Part shown: in pieces, positions 1 through 8,030 of the stretch
Position numbering within the stretch: the first letter of the stretch is position 1
How the letters are laid out: every line of letters begins with the position of its first letter
Virus record (IMG/VR): IMGVR_UViG_3300035670_000471
Coordinates: 1 to 42,430 of that record
Length of the DNA: 42,430 nt
DNA from: a virus
Lineage: Duplodnaviria > Caudoviricetes
Strand: one strand, 5' to 3'
Program-made: the position numbers and the translations under genes
The notes under the pieces: model-generated
What the model was told of the DNA's origin: nothing
The model's database searches: none
The model's input: the letters and a program-made list of their open reading frames with translations, nothing else

Positions 1-127
1 CGACAGCATCAAGGACACCCTGGCCGGCAAGGCCGACCGCCACGAGCTGCTTGCGCAGCACAACCGCGAGACGCTGTGATGGACTTCGCGGCCGCGTTCA
101 CCAAGCTACTCGGCCATGAGGGCGGCT
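1..127 (+). repeat. Terminal direct repeat, copy 1 (circular assembly overlap)
   Basis: Identical to 42213-42339. Confidence 0.95.
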
Positions 128-558
128 ACTCGAACCACCCGGCCGACCCCGGTGGCGAGACCATGTGGGGCATTACCATCGCGGTCGCCCGCGCCAACGG
201 CTACCGTGGCGCCATGAAGGACATGCCGGTGAGCGAGGCCCGCCGGATCTACCTCGACCTGTACTGGCGCCCGCTCAAGCTAGACCAGCTGCCCGCTTCG
301 ATCCGGTTCGACATGTTCGACACCGGTGTCAACGCCGGTGTGTCGCGCGCCGTCAAGCTCCTGCAGCGCACGCTGCGGCTGACCGAGGACGGCGTGCTCG
401 GCCCCAAGACCATCGCCGCTGCGAACGCCGCCAACCCGGAGCAGCTTGACGCCGCCCTGGCTGGCCACCGGCTGCTGTTCCTGTGCGACCTCAAGACCTT
501 CCCGAGCTTCGGCAAGGGCTGGGTGCGTCGCGTTGCGCACAACCTGATCGAGGACTGA
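79..558 (+). CDS. Endolysin, glycoside hydrolase family 108 with C-terminal peptidoglycan-binding region
   Basis: HEGGYSNHPADPGGETMWGIT (EGGY..DPGG.T..GIT) motif; DGVLGPKT; C-terminal FGKGWVRRV. ATG at 79 overlaps the upstream TGA. Confidence 0.93.
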   Translation: MDFAAAFTKLLGHEGGYSNHPADPGGETMWGITIAVARANGYRGAMKDMPVSEARRIYLDLYWRPLKLDQLPASIRFDMFDTGVNAGVSRAVKLLQRTLRLTEDGVLGPKTIAAANAANPEQLDAALAGHRLLFLCDLKTFPSFGKGWVRRVAHNLIED

Positions 559-561
559 GGC

Positions 562-675
562 ATGAAACTGCTGCGCACCGTCGCCTTGTGGATGATCGTT
601 CCGGTGTGGGCGGTGTCCGTCGGCATCACCGTGCTGCTGACCCAGTGCATCCGCGCACTCAACCGAGGTGACTGA
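562..675 (+). CDS. Small membrane protein (37 aa) in lysis cassette
   Basis: Read manually: MKLLRTVALWMIVPVWAVSVGITVLLTQCIRALNRGD. One hydrophobic segment; fills the gap between endolysin and holin. Confidence 0.55.
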   Translation: MKLLRTVALWMIVPVWAVSVGITVLLTQCIRALNRGD

Positions 676-676
676 G

Positions 677-853
677 ATGAAGATAATCCTCGCCCGCCTC
701 AAAGAGCCCAGCACCTGGGCCGGCATCTCCGGCCTGCTGCTGGCCAACGCCCTCATCATGGGCGACCAGTACCAGCCGATCCTCGGAGCCTGCGCCATCA
801 TCACCGGCGTGGTGGCGGTGCTGCTGCGTGACCCCGGCCATGATCCCGATTAA
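677..853 (+). CDS. Putative holin
   Basis: RLKEPSTWAG motif typical of small phage holins; two hydrophobic segments; GAGG upstream of ATG 677. Confidence 0.7.
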   Translation: MKIILARLKEPSTWAGISGLLLANALIMGDQYQPILGACAIITGVVAVLLRDPGHDPD

Positions 854-1328
854 CGCCCTGCTGCCGATCTTCAAGGTCGCGGCGATCCCGCTGCTGACTG
901 CGCTGGTGGTCGGCTCCTGCACGGCGTCCCACTACCGCACCAAGCTCGAGGCCCAGCGCCTGGGGTGGCAGGCCGAGGTCGAGAAGGCCAAGGCCGACGC
1001 CGCGCAGCGCGCGGCGGACCAGCAGCGTGTCACACAAGAGGTTACCGATGGATACCAAAAGCGCCTTGACGCTCTCGACGCTCGTTATGCTGACGCTGCT
1101 CGCCGGCTGCGCGACGCCTCGGCCCGTCGTCTGCCCACCCTTCCCGCAGCCGCCGGCCGCCCTGATGCAGCCGCCGGTGGTGACCGACTTCCTGACAGCA
1201 GCGGAGACGCTTGCCTCCCCGCAGAAGGACTAGCCGGCTTGCTGCTCGAGGCCGACCGCAATACCCAGGCGCTGATCGCGCTGCAGGGCTGGGTCGGCAA
1301 GCAGCTTGAGCTGTCCAATACTCGCTGA
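840..1328 (+). CDS. Rz: Rz-like inner-membrane spanin
   Basis: N-terminal TM segment, Ala-rich coiled coil, C-terminal LIALQGWV; contains an embedded lipoprotein ORF. Confidence 0.8.
   Translation: MIPINALLPIFKVAAIPLLTALVVGSCTASHYRTKLEAQRLGWQAEVEKAKADAAQRAADQQRVTQEVTDGYQKRLDALDARYADAARRLRDASARRLPTLPAAAGRPDAAAGGDRLPDSSGDACLPAEGLAGLLLEADRNTQALIALQGWVGKQLELSNTR
1048..1233 (+). CDS. Rz1: Rz1-like outer-membrane lipoprotein spanin, embedded in Rz
   Basis: Signal peptide with lipobox LAGC followed by Pro-rich mature region (CPPFPQPPAALMQPP); +1 frame inside Rz; GAGG RBS. Confidence 0.85.
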   Translation: MDTKSALTLSTLVMLTLLAGCATPRPVVCPPFPQPPAALMQPPVVTDFLTAAETLASPQKD

Positions 1329-1511
1329 CCTCGCCTCGCAAAGCAGACCCGCTTCGGCGGGTTTTGTTTTGGACAGCGCACACCGTAACATTGAACGATG
1401 TCAAGGTCATGCGTCGTTTTCTCCGAGTACCAGGCGCGTAACTGCGGACGGCCTAGCGCCTTGATTATTTGAGACCCGACCCCCTGCCTGTCTTGGACTG
1501 TCCAATACTCG
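1311..1511. other. Putative attP region
   Basis: Just downstream of int; 14-bp direct repeat CTGTCCAATACTCG at 1311-1324 and 1498-1511, inverted TTGGAC copies at 1369 and 1493. Confidence 0.55.
1340..1370. terminator. Intrinsic terminator, probably bidirectional, between convergent lysis and int genes
   Basis: ACCCGC-TTCG-GCGGGT hairpin with downstream T tract and upstream A-rich run. Confidence 0.85.
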
Positions 1512-2439
1512 GCCCGCTGACCACCGGCACATCAGCGTCGCGCAGGTAGCGCTCGGTCATGCGCGGGTTGGTGTGGCCGAGCAGGGCCTGGGCGCTGCCG
1601 CCCTGCTGGTCCAGCTCGGTGGCCGACATGGCGCGCAGGTCGTGCAGCGTGGCGTGCTCCACCCCGGCGGCCAGCACGGCGCCGGTCCAGTCCTCGTGGA
1701 TCGTGCGGTAGGCCCAGGGCACCAGGCGCATGCGGGCGACGCTGCCGTGCTGCGCCTTGGCCCGCTCGACCGCTGCGCGCAGCTCGGGCGACCACGCCAC
1801 GGTCAGCTCGGCGTCGGTCTTTTGCTGGCGGATGTAGACCCCGGCGTCGGTCAGATCCCGGCGCTGGATCTTGAGCACGTCGCCGATCCGCTGGCCGGTG
1901 AGGTAGCACAAGTCCATGACCACCTGCAGGCGCTCCGATGCGTGCTGCCGGATGGCGGCGAACTCCTCGCGGGTGATGCGCCGCGTGCGCTTGGTCTCCT
2001 TGAACTTGGCGATGCCGATGCAGGGGTTGGTCGTGGCCTCGCCGTTCTCCAGCGCCCACTGGTAGACCATCTTCAGCACCATGACGCACTTGTTCGCCAT
2101 CACCGGCGTGTCCTTGAGGCCACGGCGCAGCTGCGCCACGGTCTGCGGGGTGACCTCGGCGGGCGAGAACTCGGCCAGGATCTCCTGCAGCCGGCGGGCG
2201 GCGAGGGTGTAGAGCTTGACGGTGGCCGGGCGCTTGTCCGCGACGATCTCGGGCAGGGCCTGCTCGATGAGCTGGACCATGCCGCCGGGTGTCTGCGCCT
2301 GGCGCCGCGCGTACTCGATCAGCGCGGTGCGCAGGTCAGCGCCCAGGCGAGTCCACTTGCCGGCCTTGACGAGGAAGTACGCGCCGTGCCGGTAAAAGAC
2401 GCAACTTGGGAGGTGACGGTCGTGTTTGCGGGGTCGCAT
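1465..2439 (-). CDS. int: Tyrosine recombinase (phage integrase)
   Basis: TGQRIGDVL (R), QQKT (K), HDLRA (HxxR), LLGH...MTERY (H, Y) catalytic motifs. Confidence 0.96.
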   Translation of the reverse strand: MRPRKHDRHLPSCVFYRHGAYFLVKAGKWTRLGADLRTALIEYARRQAQTPGGMVQLIEQALPEIVADKRPATVKLYTLAARRLQEILAEFSPAEVTPQTVAQLRRGLKDTPVMANKCVMVLKMVYQWALENGEATTNPCIGIAKFKETKRTRRITREEFAAIRQHASERLQVVMDLCYLTGQRIGDVLKIQRRDLTDAGVYIRQQKTDAELTVAWSPELRAAVERAKAQHGSVARMRLVPWAYRTIHEDWTGAVLAAGVEHATLHDLRAMSATELDQQGGSAQALLGHTNPRMTERYLRDADVPVVSGPSIGQSKTGRGSGLK

Positions 2440-2578
2440 GGATGTCGGCGGCGAGGACCACGAGGCTACCATCCGGCCGCTGGCGGTACGGTATCCCGAG
2501 TGAAGCGAGCACCCGGCGCTGGGCAGCGTACCGGGTGCGGCGGGTGAGGGTCTGCAGGTCCAGTGGTGTGAGGATCAC
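2336..2578 (-). CDS. Excisionase-like small DNA-binding protein (DUF4224-like)
   Basis: LTPLDLQTLT..RYAAQRRVL..LGIPYRQRPDGSLVV pattern; immediately upstream of and overlapping int. Confidence 0.7.
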   Translation of the reverse strand: MILTPLDLQTLTRRTRYAAQRRVLASLGIPYRQRPDGSLVVLAADIHATPQTRPSPPKLRLLPARRVLPRQGRQVDSPGR

Positions 2579-2766
2579 CAGGCCCTCGGCTTGTAACGGT
2601 CACGGCACGGCGCACACATGCCGTCGATCAGCCGCATGCTGTGCTCTCCGCAGGTATCGCACTCACCCGGCCTGCCCTTTAACAGGGTGAAGGGCTCGAC
2701 CTTGGCCAGCGACTGCTGGCGGTGTTCTTCTTCCAGCTCGAAGGCGCGGTCGGCGTCGTCAGCCAT
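2575..2766 (-). CDS. TraR/DksA-like C4 zinc-finger protein
   Basis: N-terminal MADDADRA (DxxDxA) and CDTC...CAPC. Confidence 0.8.
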   Translation of the reverse strand: MADDADRAFELEEEHRQQSLAKVEPFTLLKGRPGECDTCGEHSMRLIDGMCAPCRDRYKPRAW

Positions 2767-3121
2767 GGGTGGCTCCTTGCTTTTGCAGCCGAGCGATCTC
2801 GGCGTCGATGTAGAACTTGATCTTCTTGGCGTCGCGCAGGCGGTCCGAGTGGCTGGCCTGGCCGTACCGGTAGCACGCGCGGAAGATCTCGCCGATCTGC
2901 GCGTTCATGTCGCGGTGGCTGATGAGGTGCTGCAGCTCGGTCGCGCCGGCCGGCAGCTCGTAGTAGCTGGCGGTGCTGCCGTCGCTGGTGACCTTGCCGG
3001 CAGGTGCGGTTGCTGGCGTGAATTGCCCACCACCGCCGACCGTACACATAGCAAGCGTGCCCATGTGATCGCCGTAGGTTTTCCCACAAGCGGCGCACAT
3101 CTCCTCCAAGTCGTACATCAT
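2759..3121 (-). CDS. DUF3310-like protein (possible nucleotide kinase family)
   Basis: SDGSTASYY...IGEIFRACYRYG...RDAKKIKFY resembles the DUF3310/T7 gp1.7 pattern; ATGA overlap with helicase stop. Confidence 0.6.
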   Translation of the reverse strand: MMYDLEEMCAACGKTYGDHMGTLAMCTVGGGGQFTPATAPAGKVTSDGSTASYYELPAGATELQHLISHRDMNAQIGEIFRACYRYGQASHSDRLRDAKKIKFYIDAEIARLQKQGATHG

Positions 3122-4488
3122 CGCTGTTCCCCTTTCAGTCTGTCCATGAGGAGGTCTTGCACCTCCCGCTTTGTCTCGACGCGCGCCAGCACCATGTCGT
3201 CCAGGGTGCCGCGTGCGATGAGGTTGTAAACGAACGTCGGCCGGTCGAGCCCCGCTTGGAACTGGCGGGTCGGGCCAATGCGCTCGATGATCTGTTGCCG
3301 GTTCTCGAGGTTGTAGTCGCTCGAAAAGAACACGATGATGTTGGTCACCAGCTGCAGGCCGTCGATGCCGTGGCCGATGCTGGCCGGGTGGCCGATGCCC
3401 ACCGGCGCCTGGCCGGCCTTGAACTTGCGCATGCCCTCGGGCGTGGCCAGGTCGACGGCGCCCTTGAAGTGAGCCAGCAGCCGCTCGCGATCCGCGACGA
3501 ACGAGTAGGACACCAGCACCGGCATGCCGGCGGCCTCCTCGATGATGCTCTCCAGGGCCTCGATCTTCGCGCGGTGGACCTCGACCCACTTGCCCTTGTC
3601 GTCGAGCAGGATCGTGCCGCTGGCCAGCTGCAGGCACTTGATCGTGCGGCTGGCGGCGTTGAACGCCTCCACGCCTGTGTTGGCAATCTCGAGGAACATC
3701 TCGCGCTCCATCTCCTTGTACTGAGTCAGCGCCTTCGGGGGCAGATGCACCTCGATGTTGCTGACCACCGGCTCGCGGATGTCGAAGTAGTCTTTCGCTT
3801 GGATGCTGACACACACGTCGCCGATAAGCGCACTGATCTCATCGAAGGCGTGCGGCAGCGGCTGCAGCGAGAACCCGTCACGGCCGGTGGTGAACCAGCG
3901 CTCGGTGAACGCGGTGAAGGTGCGGCCCAGGCGCTTGCCACCATCGACGAACCACAGCTGCGGCCACAGGTCGACCAGTCCGTTCGGCGCCGGCGTGCCG
4001 GTCAGCTCGATGAAGCGGCGGACGTGGCGGTGCGCGACCTTGCCCAGCGCGCGGGTGCGTTGCGCGCCTTGGTTGAGGCGAAACCCCTTGAGCTTGGTCG
4101 ACTCGTCGGCGACCACGGTGTCGAACGGCCAGTCGCCGCCGAGGCGGTCAACCAGCCAGGGCAGCTGCTCGTAGTTCATCAGGTAGATGTCGGCGTTGGC
4201 GCGCAACCCGGCGACGCGCTCGGCCGGCGTGCCCATGATCCTGCTGAACCGCAGGTCCTGGAATTGCACCCACTTCGCGGCTTCGTCGGTCCATGTGTCC
4301 TGGGCGACGCGCTTGGGCCCGAGCACCAGCACCTTGCGCGACTCACCGGCCAGCAGCAGGGTGTCGAGCGCGGCCAGCGTGCTGCTGGTCTTGCCGATGC
4401 CGGTGCCGGCATGGCCGGCGCAGCGCGGCAGGTCGAGCATGTGTGCGATCAGCGGCACCTGCGGAGCGCGGGGGGTGAAGTCCCTCAC
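3118..4488 (-). CDS. SNF2-family (SF2) helicase
   Basis: GTGIGKT Walker A, ADES Walker B, LTGTPAPN, GHGIDGLQ, ERIG..RQ motifs; GTG start overlaps the VRR-NUC stop. Confidence 0.92.
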   Translation of the reverse strand: MRDFTPRAPQVPLIAHMLDLPRCAGHAGTGIGKTSSTLAALDTLLLAGESRKVLVLGPKRVAQDTWTDEAAKWVQFQDLRFSRIMGTPAERVAGLRANADIYLMNYEQLPWLVDRLGGDWPFDTVVADESTKLKGFRLNQGAQRTRALGKVAHRHVRRFIELTGTPAPNGLVDLWPQLWFVDGGKRLGRTFTAFTERWFTTGRDGFSLQPLPHAFDEISALIGDVCVSIQAKDYFDIREPVVSNIEVHLPPKALTQYKEMEREMFLEIANTGVEAFNAASRTIKCLQLASGTILLDDKGKWVEVHRAKIEALESIIEEAAGMPVLVSYSFVADRERLLAHFKGAVDLATPEGMRKFKAGQAPVGIGHPASIGHGIDGLQLVTNIIVFFSSDYNLENRQQIIERIGPTRQFQAGLDRPTFVYNLIARGTLDDMVLARVETKREVQDLLMDRLKGEQR

Positions 4489-4817
4489 CGCAGCAGCTCC
4501 TCGACGCCCTCGATGCTGTCGATCACGACCACGCGCTGCCCCATCTTGCGCATGCGCTCGTGCTCGCGCAACTGGTGCGGCTCCGGCTTGACGCCCGGCG
4601 CCTTGAGCTCGACCCAGATGGTCTGGGCCGCTGATACCAACTTGTTGTCGTAGCGCGTGCCCCACGGGCCGTCGTGGCGCACTTGCTTGCGGCGCTCCGG
4701 CAACATAGCCAGCCGGTCCGGCGCACCACGGCGCCCGATCCAAGCGATTTTTCTACACTCACCGCCGAGCTCTTTCACCCGTTTCACTAGGTAGGCTTCG
4801 ATCTCTGACTCACGCAC
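4485..4817 (-). CDS. VRR-NUC domain nuclease
   Basis: RESEIE...GAPDR...WVELKAPG...HQ..EH..M motif set. Confidence 0.9.
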   Translation of the reverse strand: MRESEIEAYLVKRVKELGGECRKIAWIGRRGAPDRLAMLPERRKQVRHDGPWGTRYDNKLVSAAQTIWVELKAPGVKPEPHQLREHERMRKMGQRVVVIDSIEGVEELLR

Positions 4818-5088
4818 GGTCGGCCCTCCACTTCTCGAACCCCTCGTTGCGCCAGCGGCGGTCGGGGTCATTGATCTGCTTGTAGAGATCCTCGCGCTGC
4901 GCGATGCAGCGCTGATAGGACACGGCCATCTCGGCGATCTCGTCGGCGAGGCGGTCGCGCTCGGCCTTGAGGTCGATCACCTGGTTGAGCAGCAGCAGCT
5001 GCTTGTCGATGGCGTCGCTGGTCTGCTTGCGCAGCAGGGCGATCTGCCGCTTTAGCGCCATCACGCGCTCGCGGTCTTGGGTGTTCAT
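4810..5088 (-). CDS. Hypothetical coiled-coil protein
   Basis: Overlapping start/stop with neighbours; heptad-like sequence. Confidence 0.7.
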   Translation of the reverse strand: MNTQDRERVMALKRQIALLRKQTSDAIDKQLLLLNQVIDLKAERDRLADEIAEMAVSYQRCIAQREDLYKQINDPDRRWRNEGFEKWRADRA

Positions 5089-5279
5089 TTCCAGTCACCC
5101 CGGTTGAAAAGGTGCCAGCCGAAAGCAAGGTGGACGCCGTCAAGCACCAGCCCTGTGCAGTCGAATTGCGCAAGCACGAGGCCCTTGCGGACTCCTGCGG
5201 AGGTGACGGGGTCGTCGCGCACCAGTGCGGTGGCGCCAGTAATGCGGGTGTCCGGCCCGCAGTAAGTCATCTGTTTCAT
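5085..5279 (-). CDS. Hypothetical protein (64 aa)
   Basis: MKQMTYCGPDTRITG...; AGGGGAG RBS; ATGA overlap with the next gene. Confidence 0.7.
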   Translation of the reverse strand: MKQMTYCGPDTRITGATALVRDDPVTSAGVRKGLVLAQFDCTGLVLDGVHLAFGWHLFNRGDWK

Positions 5280-5310
5280 GTTGCTCCCCTTGTGTTCTTG
5301 TTGAGCGATG

Positions 5311-5340
5311 ACGTTAGCATATGCTAAACGCCACGAGCAA
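5311..5340 (-). promoter_or_regulatory. Leftward sigma70-like promoter with operator
   Basis: TTGCTC-N18-TAACGT with TGn extension; perfect palindrome TTAGCATATGCTAA at 5314-5327. Confidence 0.65.
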
Positions 5341-5347
5341 GCGGTGC

Positions 5348-7309
5348 TCACTCCTTTTTGTACCGATAGGTCTCGAACCCGGCAGCGGCCAGCGGCAGCT
5401 CCGGTGCCCAGCTGGGGTTGGTCGACATCAGCTGGCCCAGGCGGTCGGCGGTGAAGGTCTCCGGTGCCTCGGTGATGAGCTCGTCGTGGACGGTGAGCAG
5501 CACCTCGAACCCGTCGCGCTCGGCGAGCAGCATGCCGTGCGCCATCACGTCGCGCGCAGCGGCTTGGGTCAAGTTCTCGACGAGCTTCCCGCCATAGGTG
5601 TGCAGCCGTTCCCACTTGCGGGTGTACTGGTTCACACCCATGTAGCTGATCTTGCCCTCGTCGTCGACGCGCGGAGACGGGTAGCACAGACACCGGCCCG
5701 ACGGCAGCGAGATCCGCAGCCAGCTGCCATCCCGGCGCAGCTTGTGGCGCCGGCAGGTGATCGTGGTGCCTGGCATGCTGATCGCGTCGCGGGCGGCGCG
5801 TTCGATGTCCCACCAGTAGGACACCACCGCCGGGTGCGCTTCGCGCCACGCCTTGACCACGCGCAGGATCTCCTGCTCCGGCAGGTTGACGCCGTAGATG
5901 GCGGCCATGCTGCCGAACGCGCCGACCGATCCCTGAAAACCCAGGGCGAGTTCCTGCACCTTGCCGATCTGGCGCATCATGCCGTCGCCTTTGGCTTTGT
6001 TCTCGAGCACGGCCTCGACGCTGACGCCGAACGACTTGGCGTAGGCGGCGACGTAAAGGTCGGGGCCCGTGCCGGCGTCGAACGCGCGGAACGCGTCGAG
6101 CTTCCACGCCTCGCCGGCAAGCCACGCCAGCATGCGGCCTTCGATGTTGGACAGGTCGGCCACCACCAGCCGGCGACCCGGCGCCGCGAGGAGCGTGCCA
6201 CGGATGCAGCTGGCCAGCATGGGCATCACGTCGGGCACCGCCGCGTCGAGCACGTCGGCCTTGATGAGCTCGATGGCCTGGTCTATCTGCGCCTGCTTGT
6301 GCGATGGCCGGGGGAGGTTCTGGAGCTGGACCAGGCGACCGGCCCAGCGGCCGGTGCGGGCGGCGCCGCAATACTGCAGCGTTCCGCGCAGGCGCCCGTC
6401 GCTGCTGGCGCAGGCGACGAACTTCTTGTACTTGGCGACGCTGGCCGAGCTGGCGGCGAGGCGGTTCTCGATCAGCTCGCGCACCGGCGCCGGCAGATCC
6501 GGGTCGTCGAGGCGGCGCTCGAGGGTGCCGGACTGGGTGTCTGGCAGGTCGACGCCGTACTGCTCGAGCAGGTGGCGCAGCAGGGCGTCGCGCTGGGTGG
6601 TGGCCTGCAGCTCGCCCTCGGTCAGCGCGTGTGCGCGCTCGGCGAGCAGGGCCTTCTCCCGCGCGGCGGCGTCCATGGCCTTGGTGGCCAGGTCGAGGTC
6701 GACGAGGATGCCGCGGTCGTTGATCGTCTGGTCGAGGTGCCACAGCGCCAGGTGCTCGCCCTTGTAGTTCCACGTCGGCAGGCGGGCCATGACGGCGCGC
6801 ATGGCGTCGATGTCACCACCGGCGTAGGCCACGAACTGCGCCCACTCCTGCGGGTGCGTGGCGCGCGTCGCGCGGCGCAGCTTCTGGTTCTTGGGGCGCG
6901 GCTTGCAAAACAGCTGCACCAGCTCCTTGCCGACCTTGTGCTTCGCGAGATCCTGGGGAACGCCGAGCACGCTGCACAGCTGGTCGAGGCCACCCGGCAG
7001 TGAGTGGGCGTATGCCTGCGCCATCGTGCAGCGCCAGCGCGTGATCGGCTGGTCGATGCCGAGGGCATGGCGCAGCACGGTGCGGTCAAACGCCGCGTTG
7101 TGGGCTACCAGCAGCACGTCGGGGTTGCGCAGTGCGCTGGCCAGGGCGGCGGGCATCAGTGTGCCGGCGGTCAGATCCCACACCGACACCGGCTCATCGT
7201 CGAGCGCATAGGCGAACAGCATGACCTCGGCGGTCTCGGCGTATCGGTGGGTTCCGTTCTGGATCGGGTGCTCGTTCCACGTTTCCGTGTCGAGCCAGAG
7301 GGTAGGCAT
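5348..7309 (-). CDS. Phage family A DNA polymerase with 3'-5' exonuclease
   Basis: Exonuclease motifs LDTET and AHNAAFDR; RTGRWAG; motif A DLSNIEGR; motif B RQIGKVQELALGF; motif C VHDE. Confidence 0.95.
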   Translation of the reverse strand: MPTLWLDTETWNEHPIQNGTHRYAETAEVMLFAYALDDEPVSVWDLTAGTLMPAALASALRNPDVLLVAHNAAFDRTVLRHALGIDQPITRWRCTMAQAYAHSLPGGLDQLCSVLGVPQDLAKHKVGKELVQLFCKPRPKNQKLRRATRATHPQEWAQFVAYAGGDIDAMRAVMARLPTWNYKGEHLALWHLDQTINDRGILVDLDLATKAMDAAAREKALLAERAHALTEGELQATTQRDALLRHLLEQYGVDLPDTQSGTLERRLDDPDLPAPVRELIENRLAASSASVAKYKKFVACASSDGRLRGTLQYCGAARTGRWAGRLVQLQNLPRPSHKQAQIDQAIELIKADVLDAAVPDVMPMLASCIRGTLLAAPGRRLVVADLSNIEGRMLAWLAGEAWKLDAFRAFDAGTGPDLYVAAYAKSFGVSVEAVLENKAKGDGMMRQIGKVQELALGFQGSVGAFGSMAAIYGVNLPEQEILRVVKAWREAHPAVVSYWWDIERAARDAISMPGTTITCRRHKLRRDGSWLRISLPSGRCLCYPSPRVDDEGKISYMGVNQYTRKWERLHTYGGKLVENLTQAAARDVMAHGMLLAERDGFEVLLTVHDELITEAPETFTADRLGQLMSTNPSWAPELPLAAAGFETYRYKKE

Positions 7310-7393
7310 GGCAGGCGCTCGCGTTCTTGTTCTTGCGTCTGCACACCGCGATGCGCAGAAGCAAGAACCCTCCCCGAAGGGAGGGCGCGAGCA

Positions 7394-7954
7394 TCAGGTC
7401 AAGTCGTCGGCGTCGGCGAACTCAACCACGTCGAACTCGTCGACGCTCGCTGCGCCGCCACCCGAGAACGCGTCGCCATCCTTGACGAACTGCACACCCT
7501 TCAGGTCGAAGTTGATGCGCTTGCCATAGGCGTTGTCTTGGGCATAGCAGTCCACGATGATGTTGACGTAGCAGCCGCCGTAGGGCTTGCCATCGGCCGA
7601 GGTCAGCGGCGACTTGTCGCGGTCAATCACGGTCGGGCGGACCTTCGAGCTGGCCGAGAACCAGTGCTTGCCCTCGAACCCGGCGTACACTTCGCCGGAC
7701 TGGTTGGTCTTTTCCGACTCGCGGTAGGCGACCTTGTCACCCTTGCGCAGCGCGGCCAGGGTGGTGGCACCCTTCTCGCCCCACTTCTCGCGGGCGACGG
7801 TCTCGATCACCGAGAGGATCTTCTTCTCGTTGTCGCTGCCGGGATCCACGATTGCAGTCAGGTTGTACTTGGGATCGCCCTCGCCGTTGTTGTTGGCCTG
7901 CGGCTGGAACAGGTGCGGGAAGGACAGGCGGACGTTCTGGATCTGGATTTTCAT
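7394..7954 (-). CDS. ssDNA-binding protein (DUF2815/T7 gp2.5-like)
   Basis: NVRLSFPHLF...YGGCYVN...LKGVQFVKDGDAF; acidic C-terminal tail; GAGGA RBS. Confidence 0.88.
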   Translation of the reverse strand: MKIQIQNVRLSFPHLFQPQANNNGEGDPKYNLTAIVDPGSDNEKKILSVIETVAREKWGEKGATTLAALRKGDKVAYRESEKTNQSGEVYAGFEGKHWFSASSKVRPTVIDRDKSPLTSADGKPYGGCYVNIIVDCYAQDNAYGKRINFDLKGVQFVKDGDAFSGGGAASVDEFDVVEFADADDLT

Positions 7955-8001
7955 ATCAGTGTTTCCTCTTTGGGTTTCTGCCGCTCAACGGCGACAGGAT
8001 T

Positions 8002-8030
8002 ACTTTAGCGGATGCTAAATAGGTTTACAA
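8002..8030 (-). promoter_or_regulatory. Leftward sigma70-like promoter with operator, upstream of SSB and polymerase
   Basis: TTGTAA-N17-TAAAGT; operator TTAGCGGATGCTAA at 8005-8018. Confidence 0.7.

Noticed and set aside
1-127. Biological terminal repeat of the virion DNA
   Set aside because: It falls mid-gene in the lysis cassette and equals a common assembler k-mer length, so it is better explained as circular overlap
5085-6773. 562-aa alternative-frame ORF overlapping the polymerase (similarly 2759-3814 and the 5' extensions from 11424, 16868 and 4743)
   Set aside because: Arg/Pro-rich off-frame extensions; only the 3' portions have an RBS or coupled start and protein-like sequence
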